A stretch of 64,000 nt of DNA, taken from IMG/VR virus record IMGVR_UViG_3300038441_001119, positions 124,001-188,000 of that record. The stretch is one strand, 5' to 3'. The notes under the pieces were generated by a model. That model made no database searches. It saw only the letters and a program-made list of their open reading frames with translations, and had not been told where the DNA came from. The stretch's first letter is position 1; the number at the start of each line of letters is the position of its first letter. This document shows, piece by piece, positions 17,541 through 27,457 of this stretch. The position numbers were made by a program, and so were the translations under genes.

Positions 17541-19640
17541 TTAGATGAAGACCATTTCTTCTTCAAATTCAGAAAACATTCCCGGAGCAGTTACGCTGAC
17601 AGGAATTGCGTCTTCAAGTTGTCTGTCGAAGAATTCCCAAGATGATCGCGGACTGGGACCACAGCCAAACCGATGCATCAGGGACGTGGTCTTTTCTGGA
17701 ATAGTCGCATCACTGAAATTAGTGAGAACCATTTCCTGTGAGATGTAGTTACCATCGAACAGACGACCAGTACCGTTTACAAGGGGTACATTGAGAAGAG
17801 TCTCTGTATCTTCGCAGTTGGCAATCTGATCTCTGGCAAAGGCCAACAGTTTCCTGTAGTCGTACTCTCCAGAGGTAACAAATTGTTCAACAAAGCCAAT
17901 AACAGGGTACAGCTCTTTTGCTATGTCTTCCAGTTGTTTCCACTGTGCGACAGTGGCTGCATGTTGGTTCGGAGCGACAAGATGGGCGTGGTGGCTGGCG
18001 GCGCTCAGGGAAAGAGTCATGTTGATGCTGGCCAACCACGGCAGCCCTGTTCTAGACAGACCTCCGGGGACAGCTTTGACCATGGCGGGCATGACGAAAT
18101 CCTCATCTTCCAGTCTTCCCCACTCGTTCTCAGTAGTAGGAATCCAACTTGGTCCCATGTGGTTGTTGCAGACGTCCGCAGGAGACATCCACAGAGTGGT
18201 CAGATAAGTGCAATACAGCGTATCAACTTGAACGTGGTTACCGCGCATGAGCATGTCTGCAGACTGTCCCGCAGCATACATCTGGGGATGCTGCATAGAA
18301 ATACCATAGCTGTAAGGGTCGTTTCTGGCGTAGACGCCCCAGCCTTCCGCAGTATTAGCTTCAGCCCTAAAAGACGTCGTCCAGCGCGTGGTTCCCCGAG
18401 GATTATCACCCGGACCAAGCTGTGGTAGCCACCAAGTGTTCCGCTTATCTTCCTCCGCAACGGCGGTATAACCTCCTTTACGGATGTCGACGGTCATCTT
18501 GGTGTCAGTGCAACTTCCATTTTCCACCTCACGAATAGTGCGGTTACGATGAAAGACCTTCATCTTGTGATTGGTCTGAAACGCCCGGAACATGTGTTCC
18601 GTTCTCCGAAGACGCAGCAGGTTCACACGAATGTTACCCTCTCCTTCGACGTCGGTGGTAAGGCCGCTCACGTAGAGATTACAGAAGCCAACATCTACGG
18701 GCATCTCACGGAAAGGCGCTTTGACTTTGTACGCCAAGGTGAGTTTGCGGTTCTTGAGTCTAGCCATACCTTTGGCGTAATTCTCCACCTCAACCGTACC
18801 TGTATTTTTGTACAGAGAGAAAGTAGACTCCATGAACCGGTCACCGTTGGATGCCATCTCCATCGTGTGATGTGCTTGCTGCACTCGGTCACTGATGTAA
18901 TGAACAATGGTACTCTCGATCCGAATGTTACCGTTATCCATCATCTTGATAAACAAGCTGACAGGACGCTGGTCACCTGAAGGATCATGGACCATACATT
19001 GATGCCCCTTTACCCGAACCAGTTCCCCGTCCTTGGTTCCCCACAGTTGCTTGCCTTCCGCATTGGTGTGCGTAAAGACTTCGATGGACGAGGTTACCCG
19101 TGTGTCCGTACTGGGGATATACCTTGCGAAGTGATGCGCATTGCTCTCACTGTAAGTACGTGAGACAACACCTCCTCTAGAAAGAGGAGCAACTGCCAAA
19201 GAAGTCCCTCCTCCATTGATGGCGGCGAAAAGCGGAGTGTCAATGGACATAGATGAATCTATACCGTTGGTCCTCATAATCGTGAACGAATCGCTTCCCG
19301 AAACCAGCTGCAGTCGCTCCGAAGAGGTGTTGAGGTTGATGTTCATGGCTGCTGCTAGAAAATCCTCCATCGTAGACAGAGTCATTCCAGTTGCCTCACC
19401 TATCGTGACATCTACTGGAGAGCCAATCGTCTTGGAAAGAACATCGCGGTCAAAGCCAGTAGCAAAACGCATGAAAAAATGAACAGGGGAGAGGGTTGCA
19501 CCTTCTCCGTCTGGTCGATGGTAGTCCTCACGTTGCTGAGGACCGTACCGAACGGCGCCGATGACGCTGTTCGGGTGCGTTGGGCTGATGTAACGTTGAT
19601 ACGTGTCCCCTCCGCGTACGAAATAGTTGATTACTCTCAT
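17541..19640 (-). CDS. 699-aa hypothetical protein with C-terminal tag (SEFEEEMVFI)
   Basis: Long ORF, ATGA-coupled to the RAMP gene; no recognisable catalytic motif. Confidence 0.8.
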   Translation of the reverse strand: MRVINYFVRGGDTYQRYISPTHPNSVIGAVRYGPQQREDYHRPDGEGATLSPVHFFMRFATGFDRDVLSKTIGSPVDVTIGEATGMTLSTMEDFLAAAMNINLNTSSERLQLVSGSDSFTIMRTNGIDSSMSIDTPLFAAINGGGTSLAVAPLSRGGVVSRTYSESNAHHFARYIPSTDTRVTSSIEVFTHTNAEGKQLWGTKDGELVRVKGHQCMVHDPSGDQRPVSLFIKMMDNGNIRIESTIVHYISDRVQQAHHTMEMASNGDRFMESTFSLYKNTGTVEVENYAKGMARLKNRKLTLAYKVKAPFREMPVDVGFCNLYVSGLTTDVEGEGNIRVNLLRLRRTEHMFRAFQTNHKMKVFHRNRTIREVENGSCTDTKMTVDIRKGGYTAVAEEDKRNTWWLPQLGPGDNPRGTTRWTTSFRAEANTAEGWGVYARNDPYSYGISMQHPQMYAAGQSADMLMRGNHVQVDTLYCTYLTTLWMSPADVCNNHMGPSWIPTTENEWGRLEDEDFVMPAMVKAVPGGLSRTGLPWLASINMTLSLSAASHHAHLVAPNQHAATVAQWKQLEDIAKELYPVIGFVEQFVTSGEYDYRKLLAFARDQIANCEDTETLLNVPLVNGTGRLFDGNYISQEMVLTNFSDATIPEKTTSLMHRFGCGPSPRSSWEFFDRQLEDAIPVSVTAPGMFSEFEEEMVFI

Positions 19641-20200
19641 TCTTTTTTGGTGTCAGTCTTAACAGCAGTACTCGGTAGTCCGAGTATGCTGGCGATTTCG
19701 GCTGGAGTAGCCCGCTCTAGTTCGAGCAGGCTAAACCTTCCGTATTGATATTTGTTTCCCCATTGCGAGATCCCATAGAACTTCCCGATGCAATGCAGAA
19801 TGTCTGCCACATCTTTTTCATCGGGAGGCATGAGTCTCGTAGAGGATTGCTTTTGTCGTTCTTTGGGTACAGCCGTTGAAGCGAGAACATTCACTGTAAG
19901 CACAGCGCCTGCTCTGACAGCTTCGAATACTTCCTGTTTTGGAGCACCACCAACCTTGAAGTTGCGTCGATGCTCCACGGTGGTTGGAGCCGCAAACGGA
20001 AGGATCTCCCGTAAGCACTCCGAGTCCAAGTCTCCTTCCCTGTTCATAGTCGAGAGGGATTCAGTTACAGCCCACTGCCAGTGATCCAGAGGAACCACGA
20101 CATTGAAGTCACGGTCACGTAAGAGTGTCCGTATCTGGTTCTTTCCTCTGACCACACCAAGCAAGGCTGATGTCATTTTCAATTTGGCAGTGTAAAACAT
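19637..20200 (-). CDS. Stand-alone Cas7/Csm3-like RAMP-fold protein
   Basis: First strand ending in conserved G (YTAKLKMTSALLG); FEAVRAGAVLTV; C-terminal G-rich loop IGKFYGISQWGNKYQYGRF. Confidence 0.6.
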   Translation of the reverse strand: MFYTAKLKMTSALLGVVRGKNQIRTLLRDRDFNVVVPLDHWQWAVTESLSTMNREGDLDSECLREILPFAAPTTVEHRRNFKVGGAPKQEVFEAVRAGAVLTVNVLASTAVPKERQKQSSTRLMPPDEKDVADILHCIGKFYGISQWGNKYQYGRFSLLELERATPAEIASILGLPSTAVKTDTKKE

Positions 20201-20203
20201 ATT

Positions 20204-20662
20204 TTATGCTATTGCTAAAGCTGGCTTGTTATAAGCCGCTTTCAGTTCAGTGACTACTTCCTTTCCCTGCGCAGACAGGGAACGTGTCCGAGACCATGGT
20301 CCTTCCTCCTTCCAACAGTCGTCACGGTCATGTAGGGCCTGTATGTCATTCCAGAATCCCTTAAGAGGGTAATACGGAGCTTGTGGCGGAATATAGTGCC
20401 CCCGGAATTCAGGTTTCAGAATATCCTCACCTCCTCCACAACCTCCGATACTTTGGAGGTTTTCGATAGCGGAGATATTTTCTATTAGTTTCTTCCTGCC
20501 TTCATCGGTACAACAAAGAGAGAAGGCACATACAACACCGTTCCCGCCGTCGTAACGGCAGGAAGTCGTGATTCCTTCATCTCCATCATCCATATCGACT
20601 ACCGATCTGGGATTGTTTTCGTAGTGTTTGACTACGTAATCAATGATTTCTATTTTGGTCAT
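20204..20662 (-). CDS. Hypothetical phage protein
   Basis: SCRY...CAFS...IQALHD pattern. Confidence 0.7.
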   Translation of the reverse strand: MTKIEIIDYVVKHYENNPRSVVDMDDGDEGITTSCRYDGGNGVVCAFSLCCTDEGRKKLIENISAIENLQSIGGCGGGEDILKPEFRGHYIPPQAPYYPLKGFWNDIQALHDRDDCWKEEGPWSRTRSLSAQGKEVVTELKAAYNKPALAIA

Positions 20663-23115
20663 TTGCTTTCAATGTGTAGGATGTTGCCGCAGTTCTCCAA
20701 GACCTTCTTATCGTGGTCACACACGATGATCTGGGAGTTACCTGCGAACAGCGTCTCACTCAATTTACCCAATAGCTCGGACAACTGCCGCTTGCTCTCG
20801 TCATCCAAGTGGAGCGAGGGTTCGTCCAAGACAAGCAACCCGATATTCGGGAGCAGTGTCCTCTGAACAGCGATAAGGAACGCCAAGGAAAGTCGAACCT
20901 TCTGACCACCCGACAGATAATCCTGCGGAAGCCAGACGGAGTTCGGTTTCATCATACGGAAGTCGAAGGTAAGAGGAACCGTGGCGGACGGGCGGATCTC
21001 ATAAGTGGTGTCCAGCGAAGCGAGGATATCCGAGACTGCGTCCGTGATATACTCGAATTGCCGTCTGATATACAGTTTGGGTATCTCATCCAGCTTAGCT
21101 GACAACCTCTCCAGACCGGCGATGAAACTAATCTTCTTCTCTCCTTTACGAACCTTATCCTCGTAGTCCGCAACCTCTTTTGCAAGGGCTACGAGACGTG
21201 CGGTTAGTGCGCGTTTTGAGGCTTGAAGCTCTTGGTATTCCGCTTTTCGGTCGGAAAAATCCAGAGCAATATCTGAGACACGATCAAGACTAAAGTCAGG
21301 AAGGTCAAGCTCAGCAATTTTAGCGTCAAGCTTTTCAGAGTCGCCCTTTCGCTCATGTTCAAGATTTTGGATCTCACGTGTGTTGCGTTCTATTGTGGTT
21401 AATGTGGTGTGGCGCACTTTTTGTGCATTGGTGAGTTGCTGAAGCTCCTCATCAATCTTAGCAATACCTTTGTCCAGTTCCTCCACGGAAGTACCCTCGG
21501 CCTTGATGTCGGGGATCTCGCGTAGGGCTTTGTTAGTCCACTCCAGTTTCTCAGTCAGAGACTTGATCTTCTTGTCATAGAAGTCACGGGCACCTTTCAT
21601 TGCTGAATACTGTGCTGCCTCTTTTCGTGCTACCGCGATAGGGTTGTCACTCTTGAGTTCCTCGAAGTCGTCAATGTTCACGAATCGCTTGAACAGTTTC
21701 ACACCGGGGTAGTTGGAGATACGTTCCAGATCCGTACGTTTTTTGAACCACTTCTCAGTGAGAGTCTTCAGTGCCTGACTGTGTTCCGCTATAGCGCCCT
21801 TGTAGACCGCTGCAGCGTTGGTTAACTCAGTCAAGTTAGCTTCCTGCTTGTCGGTCCACTGAAGTCGCTCAGAATCCACCTGAGACTCACAGAAGGGGCA
21901 GTCACAACCAGCCTTATTTGACAGCCGGAAGGCTCTGACTTCTTTGAGTAGGGCAATCCTGTCGACCAGCCTTTCCAGCTCCTCTTCCACCTTGGAGATC
22001 TTTCCCGCATCATCTTTCAGGTCATCCACCGATTTCTTCAGTCGGTCAACTTCCTTACTGGTGACACAGTACTCATGGAGGTTACCATCCCAGTTTACAG
22101 TAGCCGCAAGTCCTGCTTTATCCCATTCCGCTACAATAACTTCACCTATGGGGCAAAGAGTCTGCAGGTCAGGTAGAGCGAACAAGTCAGTGTGCGCTTG
22201 TACGATACCATCAGTGTATTCCTTTTGTTCAGCCTTAAGCTTGGCAGCCGTAGCTGCAAGCGAATGCGAAAGTTTAGCGGAAGTCAGTTGTGCCTTCTGA
22301 CCGTCCAGTTCCTTTCTTTTACTATTGTCAGCATCAATATCTGGTCCAAGGGTAGATCCTAGTATGGAATTTTCCTGCGAAAGAGCTGCACGTCGCTTCG
22401 AGAAATAGATCATTCCCGTCGCAAGCGTTTCGATCTCTGTAAGCAGAGTGTGCTTTGCTACGACCCCTTCTTCATCCAGAACTTTGAGCTTATCATTGGT
22501 TTCTTCTAATTGGGTCTGCGTTTGGGTGTACGCCGCTACAGAGGATTCCAATAGCGGCATATAGTTGATCGCTCCTGCTTTGAGGAGCTGTACTCGGCTC
22601 TTTACGTGTCCAGACGCTGCGCGCATGTAGTCTGCGTCCAGCACCCGCATAAAGAGCTTCTCACGTTCAGAACCTATGCTACCGAGCAGGTGTGCTAGTG
22701 TCCCCTGTGAGATAAAAACAAGACGCCCGAGTGTGGAAGGGTCGGCACCAAACATGGAGGCCAACCGTTCGTCCACTTTCTTCGCTGCGGTAATGATTGG
22801 TTCATCACCTATCCGAAGAGTGCGCTCAGTGCTTGAGTGTTTGATCGTTTTAACAATCTCCACCAGTTCTCCTTGCGGGGATTCGAGAACGGTTTCGATT
22901 ACTGCCTTACCTTTTGGGTCGAGGTCTTTGATGTAGGAAGATGCTTTACGCGAAGCTTCCGAGAATTCATTGGCTACCACATACCTGAGGGTATTGAGTA
23001 GCACCGATTTACCGGAACCGTTTGCACCGATGACACCGAAGAGGTTACTCCCCAAGTCGACATCAAGTTTCGCATGAGGTCCTACATTCGTTAGCTTATG
23101 CGAAAGAATTTTCAT
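20659..23115 (-). CDS. sbcC: SbcC/Rad50-like SMC ATPase
   Basis: GANGSGKS Walker A; CPFC zinc hook in coiled coil; LSGGQ signature; LVLDEPS Walker B; H-loop. Confidence 0.93.
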   Translation of the reverse strand: MKILSHKLTNVGPHAKLDVDLGSNLFGVIGANGSGKSVLLNTLRYVVANEFSEASRKASSYIKDLDPKGKAVIETVLESPQGELVEIVKTIKHSSTERTLRIGDEPIITAAKKVDERLASMFGADPSTLGRLVFISQGTLAHLLGSIGSEREKLFMRVLDADYMRAASGHVKSRVQLLKAGAINYMPLLESSVAAYTQTQTQLEETNDKLKVLDEEGVVAKHTLLTEIETLATGMIYFSKRRAALSQENSILGSTLGPDIDADNSKRKELDGQKAQLTSAKLSHSLAATAAKLKAEQKEYTDGIVQAHTDLFALPDLQTLCPIGEVIVAEWDKAGLAATVNWDGNLHEYCVTSKEVDRLKKSVDDLKDDAGKISKVEEELERLVDRIALLKEVRAFRLSNKAGCDCPFCESQVDSERLQWTDKQEANLTELTNAAAVYKGAIAEHSQALKTLTEKWFKKRTDLERISNYPGVKLFKRFVNIDDFEELKSDNPIAVARKEAAQYSAMKGARDFYDKKIKSLTEKLEWTNKALREIPDIKAEGTSVEELDKGIAKIDEELQQLTNAQKVRHTTLTTIERNTREIQNLEHERKGDSEKLDAKIAELDLPDFSLDRVSDIALDFSDRKAEYQELQASKRALTARLVALAKEVADYEDKVRKGEKKISFIAGLERLSAKLDEIPKLYIRRQFEYITDAVSDILASLDTTYEIRPSATVPLTFDFRMMKPNSVWLPQDYLSGGQKVRLSLAFLIAVQRTLLPNIGLLVLDEPSLHLDDESKRQLSELLGKLSETLFAGNSQIIVCDHDKKVLENCGNILHIESK

Positions 23116-24196
23116 GTTTCGTAATATACTGCTCCAACACTGCGTGCGGGCTATTGTCCTTTTTGACGATATTGAAGGCGAGTGCCTGCAGATCGTCGTC
23201 TTCTCCTTCCATCAGTTCCTGAGCCACATCAATGATAGACACGGACACAACGTCTCCGGTCATAACCTCGTGAACGGCTTTCGCTGTTCTTGGGGTGATG
23301 TTCTTCTTTCGTACAATGTCAAATGGACCAGTGTGGATGTGCAGAGCATTGACCACGTCCTCGTACTCATTGGTGTAGTGAAACCAAACAAACCTAGGAA
23401 CACCGCCTGTAGAATGTAGTAACTTTTCAGCAGGTTCCACATCTTCAGGAGCAGCCACTTTAACAATCACTACGGGTGTGGTTGGAATCTTGTGCTGCTT
23501 GAATCCTTCAAACTTACCGGTCTCGACGTTAAACTCATGGACCACGATGTACTTGCTGGGGTCCTCATCAACGTCCGTCATTTCCACAGGACCGGGATAT
23601 CCGATCACGGAGTCTTCCGTCGTAATGTACGAGCATACGTGGATATCTCCAAGCATCCAGTTCCGTGTGTAGGATCTGTCAAAGAATTCCTGCGCTGCCG
23701 GATATTTACCTCCACCAGTGAACTCAATAACGCCTCCATGCCATAGAGCGATATCGGTAGGTTCTCCGGGGTTCTCCTTCAATCGTTCAAACAGTTCGTT
23801 AGGGGTTTTGGTTTTGTACCCCACTATATGCAGTTTCGTACCACGGATGTTGATCCGTTTGTTATCCACACTGACAATGCCAACGCCGTCAGGATGGTTG
23901 TACTTCTCAATCCACGGGGGTTCATCCCAGTCATGGTTACCCGTCAGGGTGAACATTGTCATGCTGCGTTTCACAAGCTCTTCGTGGAGCCTGTCCAGTA
24001 GTGACACTGGATACGAGCCATTACGACTCGCATCCAGAATGTCACCCGAATTCACGATGTACCTGACGTCGTTATCGAAGAATGCTTTGATGCCCTCTAG
24101 GCAAGCATTGTAGATAGCGTCAGCGCGAAATTTCTTACCGTACTGAGTAGCACACAAGTGCCAGTCAGATGTATGTCCAATTTTTATCTTTGCCAT
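23096..24196 (-). CDS. sbcD: SbcD/Mre11-like nuclease
   Basis: SDWH, GDILD, GNHD, LGDIH, YPG metallophosphoesterase motifs; adjacent to sbcC. Confidence 0.92.
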   Translation of the reverse strand: MAKIKIGHTSDWHLCATQYGKKFRADAIYNACLEGIKAFFDNDVRYIVNSGDILDASRNGSYPVSLLDRLHEELVKRSMTMFTLTGNHDWDEPPWIEKYNHPDGVGIVSVDNKRINIRGTKLHIVGYKTKTPNELFERLKENPGEPTDIALWHGGVIEFTGGGKYPAAQEFFDRSYTRNWMLGDIHVCSYITTEDSVIGYPGPVEMTDVDEDPSKYIVVHEFNVETGKFEGFKQHKIPTTPVVIVKVAAPEDVEPAEKLLHSTGGVPRFVWFHYTNEYEDVVNALHIHTGPFDIVRKKNITPRTAKAVHEVMTGDVVSVSIIDVAQELMEGEDDDLQALAFNIVKKDNSPHAVLEQYITKHENSFA

Positions 24197-24211
24197 TAAA
24201 TCTGGTCTATC

Positions 24212-24361
24212 TTAGCAGCCGCCGTAATACTGACCGCTCCAAGGTCCCAAGCTATTGGGATCGTATTTCTTTCTCTTGATCAGAGCCTTCTTTCGCCTTG
24301 CGCGAATCGCATCTGCTTTCTCCTGCCTCTCCGGATTTGGTTTTGGCTTTTTGTCTGGCAT
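24212..24361 (-). CDS. Possible 49-aa basic peptide (MPDKKPKPNPERQEK...QYYGGC)
   Basis: Hand-translated; fills the gap; a competing 58-aa frame starts at 24428. Confidence 0.35.
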   Translation of the reverse strand: MPDKKPKPNPERQEKADAIRARRKKALIKRKKYDPNSLGPWSGQYYGGC

Positions 24362-24402
24362 TGCGTTCTTTCTTTTGCTGATCCTTGTTATACTTGAACC
24401 AC

Positions 24403-24723
24403 TTAGCGTCGTCTCGGTGACTTGCCATTGCGTTTCACTTTCATCTTGGGGCGCAGCTTCGACTTCAGACGTATGGTCGAGGCGAGGAACTTGCGTGCCT
24501 CTCGATCAATGGTCCGTGATTTCCTTTCGTCGTACTGCAGGGTTGCCTCCTTGATGACCAGTCCATCAATGGAGGTGATGGTCCAAGCATTGTAGAGGTA
24601 TTTCAGTTCAGGGTCGTTGTCAGGTGTCTCGAAAACAAGAATGGCGCCAAGTTCCGGCTTGTTACCATGCTCGTCCTTGATGTCACTAGTCAGTTCAATC
24701 TTTTTTGTCAGGGGTTCCGTCAT
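24403..24723 (-). CDS. Hypothetical protein
   Basis: 106-aa ORF in the operon. Confidence 0.6.
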   Translation of the reverse strand: MTEPLTKKIELTSDIKDEHGNKPELGAILVFETPDNDPELKYLYNAWTITSIDGLVIKEATLQYDERKSRTIDREARKFLASTIRLKSKLRPKMKVKRNGKSPRRR

Positions 24724-25252
24724 CTTTTACTTTCAGTAGGAGGATGTCAGTCAAACCGGGATGGATAAACACATCGAACATTGCTGTTTCCTGTGGTTTC
24801 ATCTGTACGATCCCGGTATTGACTACGTGTCGTACAGTATAGATTCTGTGTTCGTTGCCAAGATAAACCCACGCAATGCTGTCACGTCTTTCTTTGAGGG
24901 TTACCTTAAGTCGCTTCGGCTTAATGTTGTTCGCACGGAAGATTTTATCAATCTTTTGCTCCATGGTTGCATTAGCCTCCACTCCCCGTGCACCTTGCCC
25001 AAGCACTTCACATGCACGGAAGTACATGCGGTCAATGCCTACGGTGTCCCAGCGTTCAATGAACTCTACGAGGGCTTCAGCTTTCTTGTAAGCCGTCTCC
25101 CTTCCTTTGAGTTCATTGTGATAAATCATGTGAGAGTGCATCCGAGCAAGGATGTCTGTAGTTGTGACATCGAGGGTAGCTTCCGGGTCTACCGTAACAC
25201 CCAACTGTTCAGCCATTCTCTTGACGAACTCTTCAAACTGATTCTCCGACAT
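24695..25252 (-). CDS. Hypothetical protein
   Basis: Start MSENQF chosen to avoid a long overlap with 25233..25511. Confidence 0.7.
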   Translation of the reverse strand: MSENQFEEFVKRMAEQLGVTVDPEATLDVTTTDILARMHSHMIYHNELKGRETAYKKAEALVEFIERWDTVGIDRMYFRACEVLGQGARGVEANATMEQKIDKIFRANNIKPKRLKVTLKERRDSIAWVYLGNEHRIYTVRHVVNTGIVQMKPQETAMFDVFIHPGLTDILLLKVKDDGTPDKKD

Positions 25253-25511
25253 TTCCTTGTTCCTCTGAAGCTGGGTGAAGGCATTTGTACATTCCCTCCG
25301 CATCTTCTTTGGTAAGAACGTGTAGATAGAGATTTTCCCTTTCGTCGAGGCGAAGGGCAACGAAACAGGGGAACTGCCTCGGAACCTCGACTTGCTTTTG
25401 TCGGAAGAAGGGGAGTCCGCTACGGTGTTTGACCCACCTTGCAAACGCGGCGGCGTCTTGCTGGAAACAGAAATCATTTGAGTAGTGATTGTTTATTTTT
25501 GTCAGATCCAT
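25233..25511 (-). CDS. Hypothetical protein, paralogue of 25474..25779
   Basis: PRQFPCFV versus PESYPCFV shared motif. Confidence 0.65.
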   Translation of the reverse strand: MDLTKINNHYSNDFCFQQDAAAFARWVKHRSGLPFFRQKQVEVPRQFPCFVALRLDERENLYLHVLTKEDAEGMYKCLHPASEEQGNVGESV

Positions 25512-25779
25512 CGAACTTCATGGGAGAGTATGTGATCCCGATGACGGCCTCGTTCATCTTCTTCAGGTAGGGAATCTCTAGAAAGGTGAACCGGTAGTCC
25601 ATCAGATCGTCGTCTATACTGTAATCAACAAAGCAGGGGTAGCTTTCCGGATAATGCACAGGAGGGGCAGAGAAGCCAGTCTCTCGCAGATACGACTCAT
25701 AGTGTTCCTTGTTTCGTATCAGGCGGAAGTCTGGGCGTCGTGCTGTCTGTAGTGGGAATTGATCGTCAAACTGGCTCAT
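25474..25779 (-). CDS. Hypothetical protein (PxxYPCFV motif)
   Basis: Tandem paralogue of 25233..25511. Confidence 0.7.
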   Translation of the reverse strand: MSQFDDQFPLQTARRPDFRLIRNKEHYESYLRETGFSAPPVHYPESYPCFVDYSIDDDLMDYRFTFLEIPYLKKMNEAVIGITYSPMKFDGSDKNKQSLLK

Positions 25780-26248
25780 CGGGGTGATTTTCTTTGAATA
25801 GTGTGTGGTATTTAGCGAACAGGTATCGTTGTCTCTTGGGTACTCTGAGTTTGACCCGCCATTTATACAGCTCTACCATGTAGGCCAGTTGTTTCGCAGG
25901 AATGTACCTATCGAGAATAGATAGGACACTCCTGCGCTCGTCCTCCGTAACAAAGGGAAGCATCGTAATAATCCACAAGGCGTAGTCCACCCTGTCGTAC
26001 GCGAGGTTCGGATTTTCGTCGTACGGAAAGCACGACTTCATGTCCATACGCCTCTCGATGACTTCCATGGTTACGCCCATGGAGCCAAACATATGGGTGA
26101 ATAACTGCACCCCTTTGGGACATGCACCGAAGTAGAGCAGTACGTCTGGAGAAATCTTTGTGCTACCCTGAGGTTTGAGAATTTCCTTCTCAAACAGACT
26201 CCACTTGATTCGCGTCAGTAGGCTTGGTTTCTTCATGGTTGTTGACAA
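25766..26248 (-). CDS. Hypothetical protein
   Basis: GACPKGVQLF pattern; start uncertain. Confidence 0.65.
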   Translation of the reverse strand: MSTTMKKPSLLTRIKWSLFEKEILKPQGSTKISPDVLLYFGACPKGVQLFTHMFGSMGVTMEVIERRMDMKSCFPYDENPNLAYDRVDYALWIITMLPFVTEDERRSVLSILDRYIPAKQLAYMVELYKWRVKLRVPKRQRYLFAKYHTLFKENHPDEPV

Positions 26249-26450
26249 CAGTTACGGTGATGGATGGAGATTGAGCGGAGTATTTCATACGCTCTCCTTC
26301 TTTTTTGATCTCTGCTCTGAGGGCGTCGAGAAAAGTATCAACGCCCTTTGAAAAACCGTCACGGTAACCTGCATCGCGGTCATCCATAACGATTTGTGAG
26401 TCTGCGAATGTCTCCCAGACCTGCATAGCTATTTTGTCGAAGTTGATCAT
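26190..26450 (-). CDS. Hypothetical protein
   Basis: ATGA-coupled to the upstream gene. Confidence 0.55.
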   Translation of the reverse strand: MINFDKIAMQVWETFADSQIVMDDRDAGYRDGFSKGVDTFLDALRAEIKKEGERMKYSAQSPSITVTVVNNHEETKPTDANQVESV

Positions 26451-26902
26451 TGTTCGGTGGCTTTGTCCCAGAGTTCGTAAACAAGGGCGAATTTAAGTGG
26501 GAGGATGTGGACGGTCTGTTTGTCTGAAGTGACGACCTCGAAACCTCCGCGTTTGAAGTCCGCCTTGTGGTGTGCATCGCCCTTGTGGCGGACGAGCTTC
26601 ACTTTCTCACAGTCTTCTTCATTGATCCTGATGGGAGCGCGGTCCCCAATGAAGTTGAATGCGATGGTCTCCAGATCGATCATTTCAATTTCAGCAAGGG
26701 CGCCGTCAATGAAGACACCTTGGGTGCTGAAAAGTGCATTGCACATATCACGCCAGTTGGAGAAGGCGACGATGTCGTGATTCTTTGGAGAAGCAACGGC
26801 TTCGATATCCTTCTTGGGTTTCGCTGGAGGAGCCGGGACCTTCGGGGTTTGATTCGACTTGTCAACGATGGTGATAGTGGGCTTGGTGGTAGTGGTGGAC
26901 AT
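26447..26902 (-). CDS. Hypothetical protein
   Basis: 151-aa ORF following a terminator. Confidence 0.7.
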   Translation of the reverse strand: MSTTTTKPTITIVDKSNQTPKVPAPPAKPKKDIEAVASPKNHDIVAFSNWRDMCNALFSTQGVFIDGALAEIEMIDLETIAFNFIGDRAPIRINEEDCEKVKLVRHKGDAHHKADFKRGGFEVVTSDKQTVHILPLKFALVYELWDKATEQ

Positions 26903-26917
26903 TATGGGTGTATAAAT

Positions 26918-26948
26918 AAAAACCCCGGCTCTTTGCAGAGACGGGGTT
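26918..26948 (-). terminator. Rho-independent terminator
   Basis: AACCCCGTCTCT-GCAA-AGAGCCGGGGTT followed by TTTATTT. Confidence 0.75.
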
Positions 26949-26968
26949 GGGTGTCGAGAAATCTGACT

Positions 26969-27457
26969 TTATTTAGTTAGGAACGGATCGTCAGTCAGTA
27001 CGTTCCTGTCGTCGCTATCCGGGGCGTGACCGATTCGTGGGATCGACTTGTCATCAGAGTCAATGGACTTGGACAAGTGAGCTTGGAATGCGGTAAGGAG
27101 AGGACGAATAATGACCGTTTGCAGTAGCTGATCGAAACCTTCATGCGCATACCCGATCATGCCGGGGTCCAGCGCATTGGGCATAGCGTTTTCACCGAAG
27201 ATGCGAGCGATTTCACCTTCCTTGGAGACAAGCCGGATGTCACTGATTAGCACAACGTCGGAGAGTTTCCTCTGCGCGAGTTTTGCTACGATGACATCCG
27301 TTGCGTCTCCGTAACCGGAAGCGGAAATGATTTTCTCAAACGTGGCTTGATTGGCTGCCAAAAGCAGTGCAGCTTTAGCCAAAAGCTCCGGTACATCCGC
27401 CTCAGTCGGTGTTTGGTTTGTACCTGTCTTTTCGTTCTTGTCTTTCGATACGCTCAT
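26969..27457 (-). CDS. Hypothetical protein
   Basis: 162-aa ORF ending before the terminator. Confidence 0.75.
   Translation of the reverse strand: MSVSKDKNEKTGTNQTPTEADVPELLAKAALLLAANQATFEKIISASGYGDATDVIVAKLAQRKLSDVVLISDIRLVSKEGEIARIFGENAMPNALDPGMIGYAHEGFDQLLQTVIIRPLLTAFQAHLSKSIDSDDKSIPRIGHAPDSDDRNVLTDDPFLTK

Noticed and set aside
12726-20662. CRISPR array or short-period guide repeat near the RAMP gene
   Set aside because: The RAMP is flanked directly by coding sequence, and I saw no repeat-spacer or periodic pattern in the intergenic stretches of the window
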